Assembly: GCA_965208435.1 (NCBI GenBank)
Contig: OZ242337.1
Location: 1,516,180-1,580,179, forward strand
DNA length: 64,000 nucleotides
Origin: Candidatus Aldehydirespiratoraceae bacterium
GTDB taxonomy: Bacteria > Actinomycetota > Acidimicrobiia > Acidimicrobiales > Aldehydirespiratoraceae
Direction of reading: 5' to 3'
Position 1 is the stretch's first letter. Every line of letters starts with the position of its first letter. The notes under the pieces were generated by a model that was not told where the DNA came from, searched no databases, and saw only the letters and a program-made list of their open reading frames with translations. This document shows positions 47,065-55,709 of this stretch, piece after piece. The position numbers were made by a program, and so were the translations under genes.

Positions 47065-47364
47065 TCAGGTGATCAGGCGGAGGGCGGCGGTCACTGACAT
47101 GGCGGCGACAATTACCACCAGAAGCGGGGCCTTGCGCCATACGGCAATCGCGCCGACAGCCACGCCGACGACCCTTGCGTCGAGTACCGGCTCGCCTGCC
47201 GTCTCGAAGGTCATCACCACGATCAGCGCCGAGAACAGAACGGCCGGCAACAGCGACACCAACGGACCCAGCCGCCGTTCCACGACCGCGCCTAGAGCCG
47301 TCACACCCAGGACCTTCAAGCCGTAGGAACCCGCGGCGAGCACGATCATCAGGGGCCAGCTCAC
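47065..47364 (-). CDS. azlD: Branched-chain amino acid exporter small subunit AzlD
   Basis: 99 aa from GTG 47364. Hydrophobic throughout (WPLMIVLAAGSYGLKVLG...). 4 nt overlap with the azlC end. Confidence 0.75.
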   Translation of the reverse strand: MSWPLMIVLAAGSYGLKVLGVTALGAVVERRLGPLVSLLPAVLFSALIVVMTFETAGEPVLDARVVGVAVGAIAVWRKAPLLVVIVAAMSVTAALRLIT

Positions 47365-48110
47365 GGTCGACCCCCGGGTTCGCCGCCGAGCAGCCCCTCG
47401 CTGTCGCTCGGCCACCGGTGGCGCACGTACAACGCCGGTATCACCGCGAACACCGCCAGCAGGATCGGGATGCCCGATGCGCTGAACGGCACCGCACCCA
47501 AAGCAATTGCGGCCGCGGCAACCGCAGCCACACGGCCCGCCGCAGTGCGGACATGAGTGGCGAGCAGCGCAACGAAGATCGCAGGGAAGGCCGCATCGAG
47601 CCCCCAAGTCTCCGGCGTGCTCAAGACGCCACCCAGAGCCGCACCCGCCAACGAGCCCAGGTTCCAGCAGATCCACAGGGTCACACCGGTGAACCAGAAA
47701 GCGTCCCAACCAGAGCGGCGGTCCGGTTGGGCGACCGCCATGGCAGTGGTCTCATCGATCACCAGATGGGCTGCACCCAGCCTCTACAGAGTCGAGTCGG
47801 GCAGCATCTTGCGCACCACCGGCCCGTACAGCGCATTGCGGGTCGCCAACAGCAGCGCCGATCCGACCGCGGCACCGCCGGTCCCGCCGTCGTCGATCAC
47901 GCCCACGGCCGCGAACTGCGAAGCTCCCGTGAACACCAGCGCCGACATCACCACGATGCGGGGCAGATCGAACCCTGCCGCCTCGGCGAACACCCCGAAG
48001 GTCACCCCGATGACTCCGACCGCAAGGCTCACCACCAGGCAGTCACGCCGCCGACGCCGCCGTGCCCCGCCACCCGTGGGATCCATGTTCTCTGTAGGCG
48101 GTCCAGCCAT
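47361..48110 (-). pseudogene. azlC: AzlC family permease interrupted by an in-frame TAG (47784-47786)
   Basis: ORFs 47784..48110 and 47361..47762 are in the same frame. The read-through sequence ...KMLPDSTL*RLGAAHLVIDETTAMAV restores the conserved AzlC ..DET.. region. Confidence 0.7.
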
Positions 48111-48217
48111 CGTCCGTCCTGATCACCTCGGGCTGCACGCCGAGCGAATACGCAAAGATACAACCGTGCCCGAAGCGCTCAAACCGCGCCAGCACGCCGG
48201 AGCGGGGGCGATATCAT

Positions 48218-48348
48218 CCGCACGGACCAGACGGGGCAGACGGGCAAACGGGGACAGACCGCACAAACAGGCAAACGGAGACAGACGAAACAGACGGGCA
48301 AACCGGGCAGACGGGGCAGACGGACCAGACGGGGACAGAGGAGACAGA
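48218..48348 (+). repeat. 131 nt T-free, CAGAC-rich degenerate repeat tract
   Basis: No T on the + strand across 48218-48348. At least eight CAGAC units. Longer repeats cagacgggcaaac x2 and gaccagacgggg x2. Confidence 0.85.
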
Positions 48349-48379
48349 TGGACAGGAGCCGAAACAGGTGGGCGAACCC

Positions 48380-49486
48380 ATGACAACGGACCAGGCGATA
48401 CCAGCAACGATGCGGGCCGCGCTGCTGCTCGGCACGGGCGGGCCCGAAATGCTCGAAGTGCGCGACAACGTGCCCGTCCCCCGACCCGGCCACGGCGACG
48501 TGCTGGTGCGGGTGTCGGCGTGCGGGGTCAACAACACCGACATCAACACCCGAGTCGGCTGGTACAGCCGTTCGGTCTCAGCAGGCACGTCCGGCGACGG
48601 CTTCGCCGAGGCGGACCTCGACGACGTGAGCTGGGGCCGAGAGGGACTCGCCTACCCCCGCATCCAGGGCGCGGACATCGCCGGGGTGGTCGTTGCGGTC
48701 GGTGAGGGCGCCGACGACAGCCTCCTGGGCTCCCGAGTGCTGGTGGACCCCTGGATCCGTGACCGCCGCTTCCCCGACGATCGCGAACTCGCCGGTTACC
48801 TGGGCAGCGAACGTGACGGCGGTTTCGCGCAGTACTGCACGGTGCCGAGCGAGAACACATATCCGGTCTCCATTGAACTGTCCGATGTGGAGTTGGCCTC
48901 GTTCGCCTGCTCCTGGTCCACAGCCGAGCACATGCTGCAACGGATAGGTCTGAGCGCAGGCGAGACCATCGCGGTTCCGGGCGCGTCGGGCGGAGTCGGC
49001 AGCGCCCTCGTGCAACTCGCCAAGCTGCGTGGTGCCGGTGTAGTGGCGGTGGCCGGTGCCTCCAAGCTGGAGCGAGTCCTCGAACTCGGGGCGGACGCGG
49101 CCGTCGCCCGCGAGACCGACGACTCGGTCGCCGCCGCGGTGAAAACCAACGGAGGGCCTTTCGACGCGGTGGCCGACATCGTCGGCGGGGCCGACTTCGG
49201 AGGCTGGCTCGAAGGACTCAAACGAGGAGGCCGATACGTCACCTCCGGTGCCATCGCCGGCCCGATCGTGGACTTGGACCTGCGCACCCTCTACCTGCGC
49301 GACCTGCAGCTCCACGGAGCCACCGTCTACGAGCCGAGTGTCTTCGCCGATCTCGTCGGCTACATCGAAGCGGGGCGAATTCAACCGGTGCTCGGCAACA
49401 CCTTCCCGCTCGACCAGATCCACGAGGCACAGGAAGCGTTCGGCTCCAAGGACCACGTCGGAAGCATCGTCATCACGATTCCGTAG
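48380..49486 (+). CDS. Zinc-type alcohol dehydrogenase / NADPH:quinone oxidoreductase (MDR superfamily)
   Basis: GHGDVLVRV.ACGVN.TD, GASGGVGSALVQLAK Rossmann motif, 368 aa. Confidence 0.8.
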   Translation: MTTDQAIPATMRAALLLGTGGPEMLEVRDNVPVPRPGHGDVLVRVSACGVNNTDINTRVGWYSRSVSAGTSGDGFAEADLDDVSWGREGLAYPRIQGADIAGVVVAVGEGADDSLLGSRVLVDPWIRDRRFPDDRELAGYLGSERDGGFAQYCTVPSENTYPVSIELSDVELASFACSWSTAEHMLQRIGLSAGETIAVPGASGGVGSALVQLAKLRGAGVVAVAGASKLERVLELGADAAVARETDDSVAAAVKTNGGPFDAVADIVGGADFGGWLEGLKRGGRYVTSGAIAGPIVDLDLRTLYLRDLQLHGATVYEPSVFADLVGYIEAGRIQPVLGNTFPLDQIHEAQEAFGSKDHVGSIVITIP

Positions 49487-49632
49487 GACTAGTCGAAACG
49501 GAACTAGACGAGTAGTTCCAAGGGGTGGTGGGGTCCACCATGTCGGGTCCCGCTGCGGGCGGGGGAACGGGCAGAATCACCGCACCGTCGGCGGGTCGTC
49601 GTTGTCTGTGACGGTGACTGTTGTGGTGGTTG

Positions 49633-51903
49633 CTACTTCTGTTGTTGTGTGTCGTGGGCTTGTTTGGCTTGGATCTCGGCGACTACCTGGTCCCATACAG
49701 GGCTGCTGTATTTCTGGGTGTTCTGCTTCGCTTCAGCCAAGCTGAGCGCGCCGCCTGTGACGTCGGCGGGATCAATCACGCCGAGCGCGGCGAGCGCCCG
49801 CTGCCAGCGGTTGACGTGAGCGAAGCCGTGATGAGTTTGTGACGCCAAATACTGCACCGCCGCGACAACCTGCGGATCCGCCACATACAGCACCGGCTGG
49901 TCCTGCTGGGGCTGGTCCTGCTGGGGCTGGTCCTGCTGGGGCTGGTCCTGCTGACCCTGTTGGTCTTGCTGGGGCTGCTGGTCCTGCTGGTGCTGTTGTT
50001 GTTGGTCGTGGGTTTGTTTGGTTTGGATCTCGGTGACTATTTGGTGCCATACAGGGCTGCTGTATTTCTGGGTGTTCTGTTTCGCTTCAGCCAAGCTGAG
50101 CGCGCCGCCTGTGACGTCGGCGGGGTCTAATGCGCCGAGCGCGGCGAGCGCCCGCTGCCAGCGGTTGACGTGGGCGAAGCCGTGATGAGTTTGTGACGCC
50201 AAATACTGCACCGCCGCGACAACCTGCGGATCCGCCACATACAGCACCGGCTGGTCCTGCTGGGGCTGGTCCTGCTGACCCTGTTGGTCTTGCTGGGGCT
50301 GGTCCTGCTGGGGCTGCTGGTCCTGCTGGGGCTGGTCCTGCTGGGGCTGGAGGGTAGTGAAGTCGGCCATGTCGTCGTCCTGGACTGCGACGGCCATGTC
50401 GAACCTGGCTTCGCGCTGGGCTCTGGGGTAAACCCCCGGGAGTTTGGAGAGCCAGCCGTTGGTGTCCCAGTTGTCGCTGAAGCTGTGACGAACAAACCGG
50501 GTGTCGGAGCTCATGTCAGCATCCTGGTCAGCAGTGACGGTGACCGTGCGCGGCTCGTCGTAATCATCCACCGACGTCCACGACACCACCGACGGCTCAA
50601 AGCTCAACCCGGCGCCCGTCGGAGTGATCGTCAACGGAGAACCCGGCACAGGAACATTGAAGTTCCGTACCGTGTAAGAAACGGTGCCGCCCTCAACCAC
50701 ACCCAGACACTTCACCAAACGGCAGTTGACGTCTTTGAGAGGGTTCGGTGTGAACAACGGATCCAAAGCACCCTGACCGCGCTGCACCACCACCTTCACC
50801 GAAGGAAACACCACCGACGGATCAGTCGAAGACAACACCAAATCATAAACCTGGTCAGGCCGCCTGCCCGGCTGATTGCGCGCACCCGTATGCGCAGCCG
50901 TCACCTCCACTATCCGGTAACCCTTCTCCGAACCCGGCCCGTAACCCGCCCAATCCTGAGCATCGAACGAGAAACCGATCGACGCGGCCGGTGCCAACCG
51001 CCGGATCCCGTAGTCAACACCCCGAGTCCCCCCAGCATTAGACCCCCACGCCTCGAACTGCGTCTGCACCCGCCGACCACCCGCCATATGCAAAAACCGC
51101 GGATGGTTCACCTTGAAACGCGACGGATCAGACGACGCCGCCGTCACCGGCACCGACCCAGTCACCTCCTGAGCCAGATCCAAACGCACAGACACCGTCT
51201 CACCCTCACGCACAAACACCACCTCAGGCGCAGACACCAAACTAGACAACGATACGCCGTTCACACCCACCTTGAGGGACTCCCTAAAGCTCCCCCAGGC
51301 GTTGCTGTTCCACAAGCTCAACAGAGTCCTGTCGGCAATGCTCCAACCAGCCGCCCCGCCGGCATCCTCGCCGTTGCTTGAAGAGAGCTGCAGATTGTTG
51401 TGCGACCACCTTATCCTGACACTCATGTCGAACACCACAAAATATGTGGTGTCCGCCGCAAGTTCGATACCGCCCTGCGGCGCCGCGAACCTCAACGCCC
51501 GATGACCAGAGAACGTGCCGGTGAACGACGGCGTCAAAGTACCCAGCACCGCACCCGGACTCCCACCCGCGTCAGCATTCACCGTAACCGACAGCTTCGA
51601 AGCCCAAGAAGCATGCTGCAACTTGTAAAAGTACGCATCAACACTGCTCAACCTGTAACCAGACGGATCGCTGCCCGTCGAGAACGCCTGAGCATAATCA
51701 TGGGCAAAAAGGCTCGCAGTGCCACTGTTCGCCTGGCCGAGATTGCTCACCAACACCGGCTCAGACGGTGCCTGCGCCCCAACCGGCGACGGCGACACAG
51801 CCAACAACGCGGCCAACACACCAACCGTCAAAACAACCCCAACAAGGCTCCTACGCCCCCCCCCCCCCTGCCTTCGAACCACCCGTAAAACTGGCATCAC
51901 CAC
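49633..51903 (-). CDS. Secreted repeat protein of unknown function (signal peptide, beta-rich N-terminus, duplicated C-terminal module with QQDQP tracts)
   Basis: MVMPVLRVVRRQGGGGRRSLVGVVLTVGVLAALLAVSPSPVGAQA signal-like N-terminus. The C-terminal module of about 118 aa is present twice. Confidence 0.6.
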   Translation of the reverse strand: MVMPVLRVVRRQGGGGRRSLVGVVLTVGVLAALLAVSPSPVGAQAPSEPVLVSNLGQANSGTASLFAHDYAQAFSTGSDPSGYRLSSVDAYFYKLQHASWASKLSVTVNADAGGSPGAVLGTLTPSFTGTFSGHRALRFAAPQGGIELAADTTYFVVFDMSVRIRWSHNNLQLSSSNGEDAGGAAGWSIADRTLLSLWNSNAWGSFRESLKVGVNGVSLSSLVSAPEVVFVREGETVSVRLDLAQEVTGSVPVTAASSDPSRFKVNHPRFLHMAGGRRVQTQFEAWGSNAGGTRGVDYGIRRLAPAASIGFSFDAQDWAGYGPGSEKGYRIVEVTAAHTGARNQPGRRPDQVYDLVLSSTDPSVVFPSVKVVVQRGQGALDPLFTPNPLKDVNCRLVKCLGVVEGGTVSYTVRNFNVPVPGSPLTITPTGAGLSFEPSVVSWTSVDDYDEPRTVTVTADQDADMSSDTRFVRHSFSDNWDTNGWLSKLPGVYPRAQREARFDMAVAVQDDDMADFTTLQPQQDQPQQDQQPQQDQPQQDQQGQQDQPQQDQPVLYVADPQVVAAVQYLASQTHHGFAHVNRWQRALAALGALDPADVTGGALSLAEAKQNTQKYSSPVWHQIVTEIQTKQTHDQQQQHQQDQQPQQDQQGQQDQPQQDQPQQDQPQQDQPVLYVADPQVVAAVQYLASQTHHGFAHVNRWQRALAALGVIDPADVTGGALSLAEAKQNTQKYSSPVWDQVVAEIQAKQAHDTQQQK
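49640..50347. repeat. 2 x 354 bp tandem duplication containing 15-nt-type (ctggtcctgctgggg) microrepeats
   Basis: The anchors gtgacgtcggcggg (49757 and 50111) and acagggctgctgtatttctgggtgttctg (49697 and 50051) are each exactly 354 bp apart. Confidence 0.9.
51856..51868. repeat. Homopolymer C13 (G13 on the coding strand) inside codons 12-16 of the secreted protein gene
   Basis: Counted directly: 5 + 8 consecutive C. Encodes Q-GGGG in RRQGGGGRRS. Confidence 0.95.
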
Positions 51904-51954
51904 TCACTTTCATCCCTTCGCTAAAACCAGCAAGCCGAAAACGGCAACCCGGCC

Positions 51955-51990
51955 ATACAATGTATACCTACGTTGACTATACAATGTATA
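51955..51990. promoter_or_regulatory. Two copies of the palindromic atacaatgtata, 24 bp apart, upstream of the secreted protein gene
   Basis: 51955-51966 and 51979-51990. AT-rich, 52-87 nt upstream of ATG 51903. Confidence 0.35.
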
Positions 51991-52088
51991 TCCAACATGG
52001 CAACCCACAACCACCGACCCCTTGGAACAAATCGTCTAGCAGGGTGCTGAACCAGCCCGAAACAGACCCGGACCAGCCGAAACAGGCG

Positions 52089-53045
52089 CTATTCGCGCGG
52101 TTGGCCGGTGCGACGCGACAAGATCTCGAAGCAGGCGACCGCAGCGGCGGCTGAGACGTTGAGAGACCCGAGCGCACCCCGCAACGGAATCGAGGCCAGG
52201 GCGTCGCAGCGCTGACGGACCAGGCGGCCCAACCCCGGGCCCTCCGCCCCCAACACGAGGGCAATCGGTTCATCCGCCACGGTCAGGCGATGGATCGTCT
52301 GGTCACCAGCCGCATCAAGGCCGACGGTCCACACGCCGTGGTCGCTCAACGTCTGCATCGCGGTCGGCAACCCTCCGACCAACGCCATGCGCAGATGCTC
52401 GATCGCGCCCGCAGCGGCCTTCGTCACCGACGGAGTGATGTGCGCCGCACGATGGCGGGGCAGCACCACGCCGGTCACCCCGGCACACTCCGCCGTTCGC
52501 AGGATCGCCCCGAGATTCTGAGGATCGGTGATGCCGTCGAGCAGCAGCAGGAACGGTTTGTCATCGGCAGCGGAGCCCTCCGAGACCAGGTCGGCCAACT
52601 CGGTCGGCTGCAGCGGTGCCGCGGTGGCCAAAACACCCTGCGATGCGCCAGTACGCGTCATCGACTCGAACTTGCTCCGGGCCAACTCCCGGACAGGCAC
52701 CTTGTTCTCATCGGCGAGGTCGATGATGTCGCCGAGGATCGGCGCGTCATCAAGGTCGCCGGCCAGAACGACCTCGCGGGTGCGTCGAGTACCCGCCAAC
52801 AGCAACTCCCTGACCGCGTGACGGCCCTCCACCTGATCGCCACCCAGAGTCGGCCCCCGGCCGCGGTTGATCGGGTCGTCCCGGTACGGCGTCGTCCCGC
52901 GTTGCCCCCCGCGACGATTCGGCCGACCACCCGAGGCGTTGCGCCGTTGACCCTTGGATCGCCCGGGCGCACCGGAACCCGGTCTCCCGCCACCGCCACG
53001 AGGTCCGCGCCCCGGCCTGTTTCCCGAGTGCTTCTTCGGGCTCAT
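52089..53045 (-). CDS. rlmB: 23S rRNA (guanosine-2-prime-O)-methyltransferase RlmB (SpoU/TrmH family)
   Basis: Arg/Gly-rich N-terminal extension, then EGRHAV.ELL... and the SpoU C-terminal motif (SLNVSAAAAV). Confidence 0.85.
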   Translation of the reverse strand: MSPKKHSGNRPGRGPRGGGGRPGSGAPGRSKGQRRNASGGRPNRRGGQRGTTPYRDDPINRGRGPTLGGDQVEGRHAVRELLLAGTRRTREVVLAGDLDDAPILGDIIDLADENKVPVRELARSKFESMTRTGASQGVLATAAPLQPTELADLVSEGSAADDKPFLLLLDGITDPQNLGAILRTAECAGVTGVVLPRHRAAHITPSVTKAAAGAIEHLRMALVGGLPTAMQTLSDHGVWTVGLDAAGDQTIHRLTVADEPIALVLGAEGPGLGRLVRQRCDALASIPLRGALGSLNVSAAAAVACFEILSRRTGQPRE

Positions 53046-53530
53046 CTCGCCACCAGAGCGACCGCCCAGGCCGCCACACCCTCTCCCCGACCGAGAGCGC
53101 CGACCCCTTCGGTTCGGCGGCCCGTGACAGAGACGGGCGCACCCACCGCAACCGACAGCTTCGACTCCATCGCAGACTTAACGGGAGCCAACGAAGGCCG
53201 GTCGAGCACGACCGAGCAGTCGACATTGCCCGGCGACCAACCAGCCTCACGCACGGCCTCGGCAGCCAGACGCAACAGGTCCACGCTGTCGGCATCAGCG
53301 AGTCCCGGGTCGGTGTCGGGGAACATCTGACCGATGTCGCCCAAACCAGCGGCACTCAACAGGGCATCGGTGCAGACATGGGCGATCACGTCCGCGTCGC
53401 TGTGACCCTTGAGACCCCGCTCGCCAGGAAACGCTATTCCACCAAGGACCAGCACACGGTCCGGGTCATCGGAGAAGGCATGGACATCGAACGCCTGGCC
53501 GACCCGATACGGAATCTCAAGGTCGCTCAT
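53042..53530 (-). CDS. ispF: 2-C-methyl-D-erythritol 2,4-cyclodiphosphate synthase
   Basis: RVGQAFDVHAF, GHSDADV..H and D..IGQ.FPD motifs. Confidence 0.92.
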   Translation of the reverse strand: MSDLEIPYRVGQAFDVHAFSDDPDRVLVLGGIAFPGERGLKGHSDADVIAHVCTDALLSAAGLGDIGQMFPDTDPGLADADSVDLLRLAAEAVREAGWSPGNVDCSVVLDRPSLAPVKSAMESKLSVAVGAPVSVTGRRTEGVGALGRGEGVAAWAVALVAR

Positions 53531-54252
53531 GATTCACCGTCGGCGGAGAGCAGCAGGGAGGCCATCTCAAGATCGTAGGGGGTGGTCAGCTTGAGGTTGC
53601 GCTGCTCTCCGGGCACGAGTTCAACAACGCCTCCCGATTCGGACACCAGAGTCACGTCGTCGGTGGCCTCCGGGCCTTCTCGGTGAACTCGCCTCAACAC
53701 CTCGGCCCTGAACGCCTGAGGCGTCTGCACCGCCACAATCTCATCACGGTCGACGACACCGCCCGAGCGATACCGAATGGTGTCGGTCACCGGTATCACC
53801 GGAGTGGCGGCATCAGCGCCGGTGCGCACCGCAGCGATGACATTCTCAAAAATCGAGTCCGAAGCCAGAGGACGGGCCGCGTCATGGACCAGCACGATCC
53901 CGACATCGCCGGGGACCTCCCCGAGGCCGTTGCGAACAGAACCCGAACGCGTCGAGCCGCCGGCCGCCACCCGCCACTCGACACACTCCGCCAACCCGCC
54001 GGACTCGAAGCCCCGAGACAGCCTGTCCGACTCCGAAGCAGGCACGACAACCACGACACCGTCACTGTGGCGCGCCGCAGCCGACACTGATCGGTCAAGC
54101 ACACTCACACCCCCAAGTTCGGAGAACTGCTTGGCCGCTCCGAAACGGCTCCCGGACCCCGCGGCGACCACGATCGTCCAGATCTGGCCGTTGTGTTCAG
54201 ATTTCACAACTACAGCTTGGCAGCAGCAAATGGAATCACACACCAAGCACAC
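53527..54252 (-). CDS. ispD: 2-C-methyl-D-erythritol 4-phosphate cytidylyltransferase (start probably internal, near VVKSEHNG)
   Basis: IVVAAGSGSRFG P-loop-like motif and VHDAARP. 4 nt overlap with ispF. Confidence 0.85.
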   Translation of the reverse strand: MCLVCDSICCCQAVVVKSEHNGQIWTIVVAAGSGSRFGAAKQFSELGGVSVLDRSVSAAARHSDGVVVVVPASESDRLSRGFESGGLAECVEWRVAAGGSTRSGSVRNGLGEVPGDVGIVLVHDAARPLASDSIFENVIAAVRTGADAATPVIPVTDTIRYRSGGVVDRDEIVAVQTPQAFRAEVLRRVHREGPEATDDVTLVSESGGVVELVPGEQRNLKLTTPYDLEMASLLLSADGES

Positions 54253-54318
54253 CCCAACAGGTCCTTTATCGCCCTAAATCAGGACCGGGTCAGGCCGCCC
54301 AACTAGATTGAAGGTGCG

Positions 54319-54978
54319 ATGACCGACATCAGCATTCTTCGTGCGACCGAACTGTTCGCCAGCCTCTCCGAAGAATCCCTCGCCACCATCGCCGCCACTG
54401 GGGAGCCTCGGGATCTGCGGAGAGGCGACACGCTCTTCACCGAAGGTGATGAACCCGACTACATCTACATCGTCACCAGCGGACGCATCGCCATGGTCAA
54501 TCGGTCGATCGACGGCCGCGAGTCTGTCGTCGCCCTGATGGAGACCGGCGACCTGTTCGGCGAGATGCCCCTGTTCGACGGTGGAATACGATCGGCCGGG
54601 GCTCGGGCACTAGAACCGTCGGGTGTAATCGCCATCCCCTACGAACCGGTCCGGACGCTCTACGCAGCGCACCCCGAAGAACTCTGGGGCGTGGTCAAGC
54701 TCCTTGTCGGCCGCCTGCGCGCAACCGACAAGAGCCTGGCAGACAGCGTGTTCCTCGATGTCACCGGAAGGACCGCAAAACGCCTCCTCGAATTGGCGGG
54801 CGACGAGGACGAGTTCATCCTTCCCATCACCCAGGAGGAGCTCGCCGGCATGATCGGGGCCAGCCGTGAACGGGTCAACAAAGCCATCGCGTCGTTCGTG
54901 CGACTGAAATGGATCGACCAGTCCGACCGGCGCTACGTGATCACCAACCGCGAACAGCTCACCATCCGCGCTCGCTGA
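54319..54978 (+). CDS. Crp/Fnr-family transcriptional regulator
   Basis: cNMP-binding fold (F.EGD....YIV.SG......DGRE..........FGE) plus a C-terminal HTH (TQEELAGMIGASRERVNKA). Confidence 0.85.
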   Translation: MTDISILRATELFASLSEESLATIAATGEPRDLRRGDTLFTEGDEPDYIYIVTSGRIAMVNRSIDGRESVVALMETGDLFGEMPLFDGGIRSAGARALEPSGVIAIPYEPVRTLYAAHPEELWGVVKLLVGRLRATDKSLADSVFLDVTGRTAKRLLELAGDEDEFILPITQEELAGMIGASRERVNKAIASFVRLKWIDQSDRRYVITNREQLTIRAR

Positions 54979-55013
54979 GCTACCAGAGCCACTGGGTTGC
55001 CAAAGCCGCTGAG

Positions 55014-55661
55014 CTACCAGAGCCAACGGGCGGCCTGCTGCCAGGCGTCGGCGGCGTCATCGGGGCGGTGCGAGGGACGGGCCGGGTCGTGGACGAATCC
55101 GTGTTCAGCCCCCGAATACTCAACAACCTGGGCTCCCGATTCGCGCAGCGCCACCACAGCTTCAGCAGGCGTGTAGGGGTCCTCGGTGCCGACAACGGCC
55201 AGCAGTGTCGACGCATCGCCGTCACGCAGATGCTCCAGAGGCTCGCCCTGGCCCGGTCCCCGCCAATCGTCCGGCACATGGATCATCCCATAGAACGACA
55301 CGAGCCGATTGAAACGGCCCGTACTGACTGCCTTGTTGACATACATCCCGCCCATGCAGAACCCGATAACGCCGACCGTCGCCGCTCCGGTGCGGTCGGC
55401 CGCCGAGACCATGTCGCCCAACACCCGGCCGTCATCGAGCGACGAGGCCGCAACGAACCGGCCCTGCAGGTCGAGGCTCTCCTGGCCGGGATACAGCTCA
55501 GTGGCAACCACAGTGCACTGCCATTGGTCAGCCAGACGCTCCGCCAGCTCATCGAAGAGCGGACGCAACCCCATGATGTCGGGTACCAGCACCAACCCCC
55601 GCTGATCGCTGGAACCAACGACTTCAGCGGGCGTGCCCGACGGCAGTTCAATTCGCATCAA
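55014..55661 (-). CDS. Dienelactone hydrolase family protein
   Basis: GVIGFCMGG nucleophile motif and C-terminal EHGF. 215 aa. Confidence 0.8.
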   Translation of the reverse strand: MMRIELPSGTPAEVVGSSDQRGLVLVPDIMGLRPLFDELAERLADQWQCTVVATELYPGQESLDLQGRFVAASSLDDGRVLGDMVSAADRTGAATVGVIGFCMGGMYVNKAVSTGRFNRLVSFYGMIHVPDDWRGPGQGEPLEHLRDGDASTLLAVVGTEDPYTPAEAVVALRESGAQVVEYSGAEHGFVHDPARPSHRPDDAADAWQQAARWLW

Positions 55662-55709
55662 CGTATCCTTTCACGCGTCGACCTCTCAGGTACTCAACCA
55701 CTCGGGCAC

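Noticed and set aside
48123-48588. Three overlapping minus-strand ORFs with VCPVCPVCP/SVSSVSV repeats, which could be read as Cys-rich peptides.
   Set aside because: They are translations of the complement of the T-free CAGAC tract. They run into the oxidoreductase gene antisense and have no independent start or SD support.
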